Shown piece by piece: positions 43,583 through 59,537 of a DNA stretch of 64,000 nucleotides. The DNA comes from the human T2T-CHM13v2.0 reference genome, Homo sapiens, in NCBI RefSeq assembly GCF_009914755.1, contig NC_060928.1. One strand, written 5' to 3'. The notes under the pieces are model-generated. The model worked only from the letters and a program-made list of their open reading frames with translations. It did not search any database and had not been told where the DNA came from. Positions within the stretch are counted from its first letter, which is position 1. The number at the start of each line of letters is the position of its first letter. A program made the translations under genes and the position numbers.

Positions 43583-44008
43583 ATGATGGCTAATTTTATG
43601 TGTTAACTTTGGCTAGGCTGTGGTGCTGAGCTGTCTGGTCAAACATTACTTTAAATGTGGCTGTGAAGGTATTCTATAGCTGTAACTAACGTTTATAATC
43701 AGTTGACTTTAAGTAAAGGAGGTTACCTTTAATAATGTGGGTGAACCTCTTCCAATCAGTTGAAGAACTTAAGAGCAAAAATGAAGGTTTCTGGGAGATG
43801 AAAAAATTCTGCTTTGAGATGATAACATAAAAATCCTTCCCGAGTTCCAGACTGGCAACTTGTTCTATGGATTTCAGACTTTCAAACCACACAGTTGTGT
43901 GAGCCAATTCCTTAAAATAAACCTGTATGTGTATGTTTGTATATATGTGTGTATGTATATCTGTATCTTCTATTGGTTCTGTTTCCCGAGAAAACTGTGC
44001 CTGACATG
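43583..44008 (+). mobile_element. MLT2 (ERVL) solo LTR
   Basis: TATGATGGCTAATTTTATGTGTTAACTT start; TGTGAGCCAATTCCTTAAAATAAA and CTATTGGTTCTGTTTC near the end. Confidence 0.8.
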
Positions 44009-46969
44009 AACAGAGAAGTAGTAGCAAGAATTACCCTTGATACCACACAAGGATGTTGAGATTTTGACTTCTGCATTGAGGCTCTTTCAAGAGCAATTGG
44101 AGAGTGACCTTAATCAGAATCACCTGAGGTGATTAAACTGCAGATGGTGGAATCCTATTCCAGATCAAGTGAAATAGCATTCCTATAAGGGCCTGGAAAT
44201 TTGCACTTTAATAATCCTGGTGATGCAGATTCTCACTACACTATACACTATCTTTATGGTAAAATACAGAAAGACTTTAATCTATGAAGGCACGTTGTCA
44301 GTTTTTTTTCAGATTTTTTTTCAGATTAGAAGTAGCATGTGGGTGCACTGTGTATGATAGATTGGATTATAGAAAAAATAAATTGGGTTGATGATTTCAG
44401 GAATATAAGATCTTTTTTAAAATCCATCTTCTATTGATGTTTTTTCATTTTTCTAGAAAATGATTTCATACCATTTTTCTCCTCAAACCTCCAGCACCAT
44501 CTGACTCATCCTCACTCCTAGTTGATAACCATAGTATTCCACTGAGAAAATGGAAGGCATCACTAAAGAATATTTACAATTCCATCATCATATTTCTGAA
44601 CTTCTCTTCATCTGTGCCCCAAACTCTCTTTTCTTCAAGTTTCTATAAATAAACTGCATGTGTCCCTGACTTAGGCCAACCCCTCCACTATCTCTTCTCA
44701 CTCTCCAACAAATAACCTATGTTCTAGACATTTCAAACCTTTTACAGCTCTATGGACACATAAGACTCATGTCTCTATGCCCTTGCACTCTCCGTTCCTG
44801 CACCTAAAATGTTCACCTCAAGTCTACCCTGTGAGCTTCCACTCAAACTTTATCACTCAACTCTGTCATATCCTTTTCATTGTAGTCTTCCATGGTCAAT
44901 CATATTATGTCCTACATTCATAGTATTTTTTTATTTTTACATTTCAGTCTTTTTACCTTTAGTTTTTAGCATGCTGTGATCTGGGACCACATGATTATTT
45001 GTTATTTTTTATATCCAGGATATTGCACAGTGGCTAGAATTAAAGGTAATTTTTGTTGAATAAGTGAATGAATAAAGATCAAGGGCAACTACATTTTGGA
45101 GGAAAGATCAGAGGGACCCAAGTTATATAAAGCCTTCAGGGCTAGTCAAAAGAGTTTTGACTTTATCTTGTGGAATGACTAACATGAGGGCTTGTAGTTC
45201 TTAGGAAGATGAAATTGCAGGTAATATGCATGATAATAGTTGAAAGGAGGAAGAAAGTAAAAGAAAATCAGTAAGGAAAGAGCCTATTCTATTCCACGAG
45301 ACTGGAATGATGGGATTCTGGGTGATGATAATTAGAAAGAAAGTAGGAATTCAAAAAAGTTTACAGGAGTAAAATATATGCAAGAACTTGGTAATTAGTT
45401 AACTATATGGATAATGGATAAGGATATGTTAATGACACAAATTTGCCTCAAGAGGAAGGGGAGAATAAAATGAAATCTAGAAGAGATACATTGGGGAGAA
45501 AAAAATTGTAAATTTTTCATATTTTGAGTTTGAGGAGCATTGAAATTTTCAGGAAACAATTGGAGATGTCAGACTCTTAGTTAAATGAGGACTGATACTT
45601 GGAAGTATAAATTTAGAAGTTATCTAAAAATAAGAGAGAATCAAGGCTGAGAAACTGGATCAGTGTGTCAGACGACTTATTATATTAAAAATTAGACAAA
45701 ATCAGTATTTCTTTTTCCAAGGCAAACATTTGTTTTCATTCCAATGATGGCTAAATTATCTCAAACTTTTTATACCCTTCCTGAATGTCACAGTCTTATT
45801 CTTTAGTATCTCTCAAAAGCCCTTAAATAATGAGCATTTTTTCCTCATTGTCAAATTTAAAATATTGTTGATCTTTTAATGATGTATCAACACTTAGTTC
45901 ATCTCATAAGCATTCAGCTCCACCAAAACTACCTTACTCACTGGTTGGTTCTCTAATCTCAACTCATCATTTTTTCACTTTTCTGTCTCCTGTGAACTCT
46001 TACTAATTACTTTTTTCCTTAATCATTGTTTAATTGAGGATACATTTATACATTTCTTATTTTGGCTCGTTTTATTGTTAAGCTTTTAATTCAGAACAGA
46101 TCTTTGCATAGATTTGGGCAAATGTTTTATTTTATCTCTACAGTTTGTTTTCAGAAGTTGTATTCTATAAGAACAAAAAACCCTAAATTTATTAAAATGT
46201 AATCAAATATGATGTTTTAGAATTCACCCAGACACTGTGGATTAAAGGTGAAAAACTGAAATGACTTCCTAATTTTCAACTTTATTTCATTAGAATTGCT
46301 ATAGGATTTAATATTTTCATTCCTTATCCCGTTTTCCATATTGATTATCTCTTGTCACAACACAGATGATTCTCTGGGTTGTAGCTACCTTTAATTTGTA
46401 ACCTAAAGACTTTATGACAATGACATAGATTAAATAGCTGCCTAAAAATGGCAAAGAAACTTCCCAAGTAGAAAGAATATCAGCTATTAGCCAATTTCTG
46501 GTAGTCCATACAACAAATTCTTCTGGAAAATCACATAAGGAATTACTCGGAGGGGACACAGAATATAAATTATATTTTGCCATAAAAAAAAATTCCTGGA
46601 TGTAAACTTCTCAATACTTCCTTTGCAAAAATCTAAAACATTGCCTTCTTCTGACATGTTCCTCATTCTATTTGATAGGACTAACTCTAAGAAAAAATTT
46701 GAAATTGATAAAATGTGGTTTTGAAGTCTTTATTTCCACTTCTGGTATTTTTTTTTCTTTCTCTTAACTATTCATCAGGCACCCACATGCAAGCACAAAG
46801 TTCAGTAAGATCTTCTCAAATGTACAAGCAAAGTAAACCAAGTTTCTAAATCACTCAATGTTCTGCTGTGTAATCAGATTAATGCCTCATTCTGAGAAGC
46901 TAATCCCTGAATTAAGGCTTGAACCTTTCCCAGGTAACAAGTATTTATTCAAAAGAATGGCTTAATCTT

Positions 46970-47035
46970 TTGAAATCTTTCAGGTTAGAACTTCTCAGTA
47001 TGAACTTGAAATCTTTCAGGTTAGAACTTCTCAGT
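46970..47035 (+). repeat. Perfect 30-bp direct repeat (36-bp period)
   Basis: TTGAAATCTTTCAGGTTAGAACTTCTCAGT at 46970-46999 and 47006-47035. Confidence 0.93.
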
Positions 47036-48185
47036 GTCAGTATGATGAAAGAAAAGGTGGAGGTGCCTTAAAGGAAACAATATCCACTCAGCATAAAGGT
47101 GATGACTCCCTGGTAGGCAAAACAAAACAAAACAATCATGCTGTTTCTTTTCCACTTTTAAATGTGTTTGATCACTCTTTTATTGATAGATCAGAAATGC
47201 TGGTAATAAGAAAACATCAGGGTTATGAATAAAATAGCATCCTTAATAAAAAAGAAATAATCACACAACAAAAACCCTTTTACTTTACTTAAAGAAAAAT
47301 TCTTAGTATATTCTATCACAGTGAATATTCTCTGTCAAATCACATTTTCATATGAATACTGATATTGTGAATATATATATATAAACACATACACACATAT
47401 CTTAAAGGGTTCAACTATTGACTTAAAATACACATTTTAGAAAACTATTTGTGTAAGGTATGCACTTATATTTCATAGTTATCCAAACATTAAGTGTTAT
47501 AAGTTAAATTCAGTTAATTTTGCTATATTTTATGTATATAGATGAAAACTCCTTGTGAGCTGAAAGTATGTTCTTAAAATGTTGCCATTAATGATCGCTG
47601 TTCACTTATTGTGATAATTATCTAGTTAGATACTTTAAAAATAGATACATGTGTAAATACATAATTATATGATTCTGGTTCATGAATATTTAACAAGTAA
47701 AATATGTAGATTTACATACGGTTCAACAGAGAATACTTATGAAGCAATGACACTGTGAGATTCAATATAATATTCATGAAAGCCTTTCGAAAGCAAGAAT
47801 TGTTTAACAAATACAAGGAAATCCTAATCCTCATCACTATCAACAACAATTTAGCATTTGTTTTATAAGAAAAGAAAATGTTCCCTCCGCTACCTGCTCT
47901 CTACAACAGTCACACATTCATATTATTTTTCATTCACAGGAGGTTTAGCTGCACATCACCTTTCTGAAGCACTCCTCAAATTATTACAAAAAAACTATAG
48001 ATTGCAAACACAAGTGTATATGACAGGTTTGTCTCCATGCAGGAAACCAAAAATGCTGTGGAAAAACTACAACTTTCTTACCCAAACTCAGTTGTTTTAC
48101 TGCAATCTTTGGGTGGGAGTCATATTGGGGAGATAGTGTTAATTCTATCGATGTCAGAACTTTAGGCAAGCAAATCTCAACTTAC

Positions 48186-48193
48186 CTATACAT
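48186..48193 (-). pseudogene. TMPRSS11BNL: Pseudogene exon 1, coding part (ATG TAT AG|gtaag = M-Y-R)
   Basis: 8-nt coding first exon typical of TMPRSS11 genes; phase 2 matches exon 2. Confidence 0.75.
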
Positions 48194-48488
48194 AATGTGC
48201 TGATATAATGGCTGTTGAAGTAAATAAATATAAAGAAAAGTTCTGCACTTCTTTTGTCCTGATCAGTGCTTCTCTGGTAAATGTGCTAACCGCAATGATA
48301 GTTGAGATTTTAAGGGCTGGGTAAAATAGCAAAAAACAATGAAAAGGAAACTTGTTTAACAAGTGTGATGACAGCTATGGATCTGTGATTTAAAGGAAGA
48401 AATGTAAATCCCCTTTGAGTTGGATATTTAGAAAAAAAAACAAAAAACAAAAAACAATAGATATTACTTGGATTGGTGTTCTGAGAGG

Positions 48489-48537
48489 TCCACCCCCAAA
48501 ATACCACCACAGATGGGTGAGTCAGTGTTCTGACTCA
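48489..48537. promoter_or_regulatory. Putative promoter module of the pseudogene: CACCC box plus two AP-1 sites
   Basis: CCACCCCC at ~48490; TGAGTCA 48518-48524; TGACTCA 48531-48537; ~330 bp upstream of the ATG on the minus strand. Confidence 0.55.
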
Positions 48538-50421
48538 AGTTCCATCCATCCTTTCATGGCATAGAGCTCCTCCCCAGTAAAACCGACTGTATCTAACAGA
48601 TCAGTCTTTGACAAATAACTTAAATGTAAATTGTCTTTATTTGATACAATTATTCTGCCACAGCAGTACTCATTTGAAACATGCTTAATCCAAAAATTCT
48701 CACTGAGGCTCTGCACATACTTTTGCAGAAATTGATTTACAGAGGGAGGTAGGTTTTAGAGTAAGAAACAGTTCTGTTTTAGAAATTCTTTATACGAAAT
48801 GGAACTATTTAATCTAATCAATAGTTATTTTACTAAGTGAATATAATTCAATATAATACCACTAAAAAGAAAAGAAACACTAAATAAAACTGCACATTTT
48901 TAATGGGTGCTAATAAGTGTATTTAAATTCATGTACATGATTATAAAGAGATAAATAAATATATGAAAATATCTGGAAGGATTCGCAAAATAAGAATTAC
49001 CTCAGAGAAGGAAAGAGACAAGAATTGGAAATGATGATTGGGAAAAATATTAGCCTGATCTATAGTGGGTTCATTTTCTTCACAAATATAATGTATTCAT
49101 ATATTCCATATGTAATTAAAAAGCAATTAAGAATACTTGTTGAATTGAAATAAAAGCTTATCCTTTATATGGATCTGAGTAGGGAAAAAAGATAGAATTA
49201 GCAATAAAATTTAGCTTTTGGGGGTGTCAGGACAAAATTAATGTAAACTAAAAACAAACTGTATTTGTTGACTTTGTGAAACTTTCCGGACTGAGATGGT
49301 GTCTTAAAACAGTAGGCACACAATCTATGAGAATACAGTGGATAAAAAGTCTCACAAAAAGTGTGAGCCAGTTTTTACAGCATTCTAAGAATATATCAGG
49401 GAAAAAAATGTCAGAGAAGGGCATCCCAGACTTGGAGTACACCACTTGGAAAGACACATAATAGCATGTTCTAGAAATCCCAACTTATTGAGTGGTTGAA
49501 ACATAGGCTACATGCAAGGACATGATAGGACATAAAAAAGAAGCATGTAGCAGCCAGATCCTGATAGTACATCTCATTTTTGTTCAGCTGGACACCATGA
49601 CTACCTCCATGAAGCCAGCCACCAGTCCAGGACCACAGAGATGAAAAAGAGTCCTTGAGGGGCTCACAGTCTAGTAGGAGATTCAGATGCATAATTTTTA
49701 CACCTGTGGAAAGTGTAGTGACAGGTGTAAACCTGGGGCAACCTGGAGCCACCATCCCGGGGATGTAAGGGAAGGCTACCTGGTGGGAGTGACACCTGAA
49801 CTGTGTTTTGAATAATGAATAGGAAGAGTAAGTCAAGCTTTTTATGGATTTGCAAGTCATAATAAAGAATATGGGTTTTATTCCTTAAGCGTGGTGAGAT
49901 AGGGAGGTAAGGGGAGGAGTAGGAGTTTAAGCAGGAGATAGAGGTGCTGCCAGACTAATTCTCCATGATCATTAAGATGCTTGTTCTTGAAGAATGCCAT
50001 TATAGTACATTAAGGATAGGTAGGAGGACTAACAATTCAGAATTCACATTTTCTTTTAAAACAAAAATGCCAGATTAATTTACAACATAGTACCTCTCTG
50101 GCTCTTAAGTTACCTTCTCTGATGACGGCTTGGTTTGATTTTTTAAAATCTTCTCTTTTTTTAATCAAATGCCTGGGAAAGGTAATGTGGGAATGCTCTC
50201 TCATTACTCTGGTTAGTGATTTCTGTCTCATTGAATGTTGTCTTTAGCAGATGAGATAAATCTGACTTAAAGAGCATAAATCTAAATTTATAAAACCTGA
50301 GGTGGTTATTTAATGGATTCTTGTATAACATGTATTCCTATATTTAGTGAAAATAAAGTTTTGTTTACTCAACCATGAGTGTCTATTGTGACAAATTTTA
50401 AATGAAGATAATTAATTTTTA

Positions 50422-50770
<349 letters not shown>

Positions 50771-51161
50771 TAAAAATAAAGTTAATATAATTATTTAATT
50801 TTCACAATTAAGCATCATAATTATGCAGGACAACAACATATTCTAATATAATTGGATTATTTTGAAATCCATTATTCACTATGAACTGTAAGTCTGAAAT
50901 GCCCTTAACACATATCATCATGAAATGTTTCAAAAACAGATTCTTCTGAAACTTTTTCCTGCATTGAAATTACGAAAAATAAAAACCAATAAGAAACTTT
51001 ATTCACCACCATCAGTAGCAGGCAGTACTTAGGGCATTTAACAACACATCTGGCACAATGGCCAAAAGCTAGTTTGTAATGTTATGGCACAGAAATTGTG
51101 CTCCAGTTGCATCATCTAGTGAAGATTTCTTTCAAAAATATAAATGAGAAATAATTACATT

Positions 51162-51541
51162 CAGTGGTGTGGGGTTAGTGTCTAACAACGAGGTCTTGAT
51201 ACCAGTGGGTGGGAGCTAATTAAAAACGTTTGCCAATTTCCACAGTGTAAATACATCATGGTCAATTTCAAGCTATGTACATGACATCACTAACTATGAA
51301 TTTAGGCAAGGATGAGCAGTAGCATTCTATTATATATCACCATCATATAGACACAACATATGCAAATAATCTCAAGACCATGAATACTAACAAAATGTAA
51401 AATAATGAAGACATAATGCATTTTGAGTATTTACTGCCTTTAATTTTTAACTATCGCTGTTTCACTCTGGCTCATATGATTCTTGAAGTTTTAACACTCA
51501 GTTCTTGTACATTGCTGCAAGCCAAATTCAGCACATCATTG
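51162..51541. mobile_element. Possible non-autonomous hAT-type DNA transposon
   Basis: Imperfect terminal inverted repeats CAGTGGTGTG and CACATCATTG. Confidence 0.35.
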
Positions 51542-52199
51542 CTTCACTTTAATTATTAAAATTTGCAAATACTTCACAAGTTTGAATTTTTGAAAGGACT
51601 TATAAAACTCTACACAGAGTACTCATATAAAGCTTTTATTTAAAAGTAAAGTATATGATAATTATACATTGTACACATGTATCAAAATAGCACATGTACT
51701 CCCAAAATATGTAGAAACAATTATATATCAATTAAAAACGTAAAAATAAGTAAAGAAAGCAAAGCAGCAAGAGAAAGAGTATAGGCAAGTATTAGGGGAG
51801 CCAAGAGATATACAGGTGCAAATGCCCCATGGTCCTTATTCATACATACACACATTTTGTCTCCAGATTGAACCACCAAAATCAGTGTGATGAATCTCAA
51901 CTTCATGAACACTCAAGGCAGAAGTTCTCAGTAGGATCTTGGGTCAGTAAAACAAAATGGCCCAGAGGTTGCTAGGAGAGTTTCAGACTTTAAACCTCAC
52001 ATAAATCTCACTGGACTTATTTTGGCCAAGAGCCAAAGCTAAGCAACTTTTTTCCCAAAGAAAAGCATTCCCAAAGAAAAGGATAGAGTTTTCCCAGTCC
52101 AGCTGTATATTAACTCTATCCTATGCAAAATCCAATAATGAAATTAACAAAAAATAATATTTCAAATATTTGTTACTCAGGATGATTCCACGTCCATGC

Positions 52200-53360
<1,161 letters not shown>

Positions 53361-54202
53361 AGGAGGATAGATGACAATAACAGCTAACATCTATCTTGCA
53401 TTTGCTATGTGTTCTAAGTACATTACTTTTAACTCCTTGAATACTCCAAAACAACACCATGAAGTAGATATCATTCTTATCCCCATATCACATCAAAGAA
53501 ACTGAGGCATAGTGATTTTAAATAATTTGCCCAAAGTCACCCATCTTGTACATGGCAAACCAGCGTTTGCACAAAGGCTGTTTAGCTCAAGTTCAGTTAC
53601 CTATACTGCCCTTTGAGAAGCAAGTAGATTTGTAGATTTTTATGATAAGTGCCAGTAGAAACTCTCATCTGGTTCCTCTTGTTTTCTTGGTGAAACAATG
53701 AGCATGATCATCAGGTGAGTGTAAGGAGGAGAAAAAGACAGTGTTGGAGTTAAGAGCAGGAGAGAAGTGAATGAGTTATTTAGGAGAATAAGAGGGAGTT
53801 TTGGCTAAGGAAGTGCAAAGGGATTTTCAAAGAGCATTAAGGATATAACTGAGGTTCATGACTAAGATTTTAAAGAGTAGCCAGCATGATGTGTGTTTTT
53901 CTCCAGCTACAGTCAACAACTATGGTACATGCACTAAAAAGTTGAAGAGTTGGACTGAACCGTGTTTGTGGTTTTGCCGGGCTAGATAGTGAATGGGGAG
54001 ATAGGGGCAGGGGCAGTGAGTGTAGATGTCATGACTGATCACAGTATTTAAGTCATAACAAATGGCAAATGACAAGCTCAATGAGGAGAACATGAAGATA
54101 TTTTCAGGTATGCCAAAAAATAAAAATAAAAATTCCAGTCAATGGAAAACAGCTTCTAGCAGGCTTTGAGCCATTAGACCAATATCTAAGACCAAATTTT
54201 TA

Positions 54203-54493
<291 letters not shown>

Positions 54494-55132
54494 TCTAAGA
54501 CCAAATTTTTAAAAATAAACCTAAAAACATTTTTAGATACTTTTCATCACTTCGTCTCTTCTTTTCTGATTCATTTTCAGTGAAAACATTCTTTGAAAGC
54601 ATTAATATGAAAGTCTGTGTTGCATAACAAAATACTGCCTTATGAGTTAAAAAAGAGTTCTCATACACTGATAAGTTGGAGATGTTTCTAGAGTAGACAC
54701 AATCCTTGAACAAGGAAGTCACTTTCAAAAATTCCTTATTAAAGCCTAAACTGGTTGGTTAATTGGAGGCTTCACAAGAAGGAGGGAACAACCTTGTCAA
54801 CTTTGTGCTATCATATATGGCATTAATTTTTTTTTCAATCTTTAAAAAAATGCCATTTTAATTAGCACTACATTCACAAAAAGATCTTGGCTTATGCTTC
54901 ATAGTGCACAAGACTATATCCCTATCTTATATCACAAACAGTTTCATATTTCAAACACATAATTTTTTATGTTTCTCAAGAACATATGGACATTTATTAA
55001 TAGCTGTGGTCCCGCTAGTCAGTAATGGTATGCTCTTTCTCAAATTCTTGCTCAATGGACTCCTTCAAAATGGACTTCAACTTCCCCTACTTAAAAACAG
55101 GAAGAAATAATTAAATTAGTCTAAGTTGTTTT

Positions 55133-55162
55133 TTGTTTTATTTTGTTTTGTTTTGTTTTGTT
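55133..55162 (+). repeat. (TTTTG)n microsatellite
   Basis: Pentamer repeat. Confidence 0.85.
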
Positions 55163-56139
55163 CTGCTTAGCTGGGGAATGGGGGGAGCGTAAAATATCTC
55201 CTTAATCATTCATCTCTGGTTTCTTTTCCATACCACTTATGAGTAGTAAAAGCATTTTATTTGAGAAAATCTTTTACTTTTTAATAAAATGGTGACTAAT
55301 TTTGTAATGCAAATAATGATACTTTTGTCAATTTAGCATTTTAATTTTCATGCATTGTGATTAGTGTTGTTGGTTTTATTTCTCAAGGCAGACCTCTAAT
55401 TCTTTGTGTGAACTTCTCAATGTGCTGTTAACATCAGAAGGCCAGGATGGCGCAGTCTATTACTACCAAAAAGAAAAAAAAACACTTACTTTTAGCTGAT
55501 CCGTCACACATACAGTCCATATGAAAGTGAAGATTCTAAGTTGTTAAGACTGAAGTAAAGGCTACTATTGCACCCCATAAAGAATCCACCTTTGGCTGAA
55601 TAATAACTGCTTTACCTTATGCAACTTGCCCCACCTGCTCCTTACCTCCACACCAAGCCTGGAGATTGGCCACTCATGCTATCATATCCCTCCTTGTTCA
55701 ACCAGGAAGCCTCAATCTTGAGAAATCTTCATGCTTCATTTCTTTCTCATGGACCCCTTAGTCTCACAAATTCTCTTCCTCCACCAATCTCCCATCCTCC
55801 TCCAAATTCCTGTCCACCCTTTCCTTCCAATCACTTTCCTCTTTCTTCCATATTGGGGTTATTACTCATTCAGTTCCATTTGTTTTCCCTCTGGAAGAAG
55901 CAAGGGACAGACTGTGATTCAACTCATGATGTCGGGGATAAATTAAATGCTTGTAAACATCTGACTTCTGAATTAACTATCTATAAGACAAGGAAATCAT
56001 TATACAGCCTGCAATACCTTTGACCTCTTAGTAATATTAAACTTTGTTCTACTTTGGGTTGCACTATAAAAGGATGTCTTCTGTTATCCTACCAAGGCAT
56101 ATTCCTAGCCCAAGGAAAAGGATGAATATGTGTTCATTT

Positions 56140-56795
56140 CTTACTAGGACAGCTGCAGTAGCTTTCTAACCAGTCTGCCTGCATTCTGTGCTCTTCACTC
56201 CCACTCCAGCCCATTCTCTTCATCAAAGTTATGTAATCTTTTCAAAGTGCATATTAGATTATCTCACTCCCTTTGCTTGGAAAACTCCTGGGCCTCCCAT
56301 TGCAGTTAGAATGAAAATTCAAGGTCTTTACCATGGCTTACCAAGCGGTACTTGACTTGGCCCCCATCTACCTCCTCCATCTTCTCCCCTACCATCTCTC
56401 ATTTATCCATGGGGTTTCAATCACATTGGCCTTCTTTCTGCTGCACATATCCACCTCACTTTTCTCTCTCTCTCTGGATCTTATACTTGTTCCCTTTGGA
56501 TATCTTTTCTTTCATATGTTTTCCATGTTTTGGCTTTTCATCCTTTAGGTACAGCTCAAATGGCTACCCCCTCAGAGATGTCATTCAGACTTCCCAATCT
56601 AAAGTATAGCTTATCTGCTCCATCATTTTCTATCACATTACTTTTTATTTCCTTTATAACATTTATCGTAATCCAAAATTATCTTATTTATGTGTTTACT
56701 GCCTATCTTTATTCACTAAATGTGGTATCCTTGAAGGAAGACATTGTATCTATACCTGACATTTCCTGAAACACACTAGGGACTCAATAAATACA
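56140..56795 (-). mobile_element. L2 3' remnant
   Basis: Pyrimidine-rich strand ending CTCAATAAATAC. Confidence 0.65.
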
Positions 56796-56957
56796 TGTGG
56801 CTGGCCTGAAACAGAAGTGAGGAGAGAAAGACACCATCTTGTCACAGATGGTTATAGATTTGCTTGATGTCAATATGCATATCATTTGAGCCATACTTTA
56901 TAATAAAGAATAAAAGAGTAGCTCCACAAACAAATGAAGAAATGAGTACTTTTTTAG

Positions 56958-56963
56958 TTTATT
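56958..56963 (-). terminator. Candidate polyadenylation signal (AATAAA) of TMPRSS11B
   Basis: tttatt on + strand ~1.2 kb past the stop codon; other hexamers exist nearby, so the choice is uncertain. Confidence 0.4.
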
Positions 56964-57529
56964 TTAATGCCTTTAAGTTTTTGGTGACTTTTACATTTGG
57001 AAAATTACATAAGGTAAATTATTTGTAGAGATTACAAAGTTAGCCATCCATATGATTGCACTTTTACTATAAGGAGATGCCACACAGTTCTCTGCCCTTG
57101 ATGACCTCATATTATTTTTGCTGCAAGAGAAAGCAAACAAATGACAAAAGGTGAATATGAAGACAATGGAAAATGTTATATAAATAATTGCCACTCAAAA
57201 GTCATTCTTTAATTCCTGACAAATTTTGGATGTCAACTCAATGAGGACAAATTTGTGTAAGGATAAATTTGTCAACTTATCACAGATGATGGAGAGTGAC
57301 TTTAACCGAATCATTTCTCTTCTCTGGTCTTCAGTTTCTTGATCTGTAAATTGAAAGACTCAGTGTAGCTGGAGCTCTGATACTCCTTCTTCACTGCAAG
57401 ATTGCATGATTTTGTGAGGTACATGAATCATTTCACATATAAGTTAAAAAGTAATGTACACTTTCGCACTTATTCCAGTTAATAAAATGAAATTATAATT
57501 GATATAATAAAAAGTAACTCATTTGATAA

Positions 57530-57991
<462 letters not shown>

Positions 57992-58195
57992 TCTTCCTAT
58001 CTCTTACATTAATTTAAAAGATTAATAAATGCATGGACAGTGTTTTAGATATAATAAAATATTAATAAAGACATTTATATTTTTATATATAATAAAATGA
58101 TTAGTTTACCAACAATCAAAATAAAAAGATCCCAAAGCCACAGATAAGGATAGCCTACAGTGGTCTTTATGTTCCTTTGTATAATTCCTTTTTTT

Positions 58196-58357
58196 TCAGA
58201 GTCCAGTCTTGGATGTAATCCAATTGCGATAAGAAGTCACTCGAGTATAGACACCTGGCTTATTCTTTTTACCACATCCATCACCCCAGCTTACTATTCC
58301 AACAAGATGCCAGATATTTCTGGAATCAGGGTAAGCTAGTGGTCCACCAGAATCATT
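58196..58357 (-). CDS. TMPRSS11B: TMPRSS11B last coding exon: catalytic Ser (NDSGGP) to TGA stop
   Basis: [53 protein letters not shown]; polypyrimidine tract and TAG acceptor at 58358-58360. Confidence 0.95.
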   Translation of the reverse strand, partial: NDSGGPLAYPDSRNIWHLVGIVSWGDGCGKKNKPGVYTRVTSYRNWITSKTGL

Positions 58358-59026
58358 CTAGAAGAAGAAAAGAAAAAAATGTTTCTTGTCTTAACAAAAA
58401 ATTTCCTTTTACCTCTCCTGTGGAGTTATCTGTACCTCCTGGGCACTGAAACCAATTCACTCTCTTTGGGCTTAGAACTCTGAAACCCTTAGGACTTTTT
58501 TTTAAAACACAAGACAGCTACAAACCAGAATATATGGCCTAAAACTGCCAAATGTTGACTTGAGCAAACCAGAGTTTGACTTATATAATGAGTGCAGCTT
58601 GAATATGGAGAAGGTGACTTAGCTGCTTGCACTGAGCTTAAGTCTCTATGATGAAGCCTCTGAGGAACAAGTGGCATAGGCACGTGCCCAGACTCCTGAT
58701 GCATCTCTGGATAAAGAGAAGACAACATTCTAGGTCTGCAGGTTGCCCAGAAAATAGGACAAAATTCATCTTGTAAACTTCTTCTAAGTGTTATTCTTTG
58801 TATGAATTCCCAGATTGAAAACTTCGTGAGGACAGGATTGTGTTCACCTCCACGTCCCTAGCATGTAGGCTAGTGTCTGGTACATAAATGGAATTAATAC
58901 ATTTTTAGTGTATTGAAATACAAAGCTACTATGTCAGTATTATTAACACAAAAAAAATTTTATGTGGATAAAAACTTCCATTTGATTAACTGGGAGAAAA
59001 CAACTGGATAATGTAACTAGACATAC

Positions 59027-59169
59027 CTGACATGCATCAGCTTCTCCTGACATAAATCCAGCACATAACATTGAATCAGTCACAAAGCCAGAGTATGCAT
59101 ATGAGGCATTGCAAATTTTGTTGTCAATAATCTTCAAAAAGGCTTCTTGAAGTATCACTGGAAATGAAC
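59027..59169 (-). CDS. TMPRSS11B: TMPRSS11B exon 9 (S1-pocket Asp, EADACQ)
   Basis: 143 bp, ttttAG/GTatg; SFPVILQEAFLKIIDNKICNASYAYSGFVTDSMLCAGFMSGEADACQ. Confidence 0.95.
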
Positions 59170-59464
59170 CTAAAAGCAATAAGTGCTGCATATTATGCAG
59201 ATCTTAGACTTTGCTGGGACAAAGAATATCTACCTATAGCATAAAGCAGACTCTCTTGGTCACCAAGAGTCAGGCCAGTCCCAGGTTAGATTAGTCTCTT
59301 TCAGGTGTTTGTAATAGTTGGCTGCCTAACACATAATTTCAATTTTTCCAATTCCCATTCCCAGAGATATTTTAGGAAGTGAAGACAATTTGACATCATG
59401 CTTTTTGTCCCACCACTTGGTTTTCTTTTCAGTATATTTACTGATTGATTAATTGCATGAGGGG

Positions 59465-59494
59465 ATGATTGATTGATTGATTGATTGATTGATT
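59465..59494 (+). repeat. (GATT)n microsatellite in TMPRSS11B intron 8
   Basis: About 7 GATT units. Confidence 0.9.
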
Positions 59495-59537
59495 AGTTAT
59501 TCCCATGCAGCTATTATGATTTTACAAAAAAACTTAC

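Noticed and set aside
46970-47035. 30-bp direct repeats resembling a CRISPR repeat
   Set aside because: Only two copies, a 6-bp gap, no cas genes, and mammalian context
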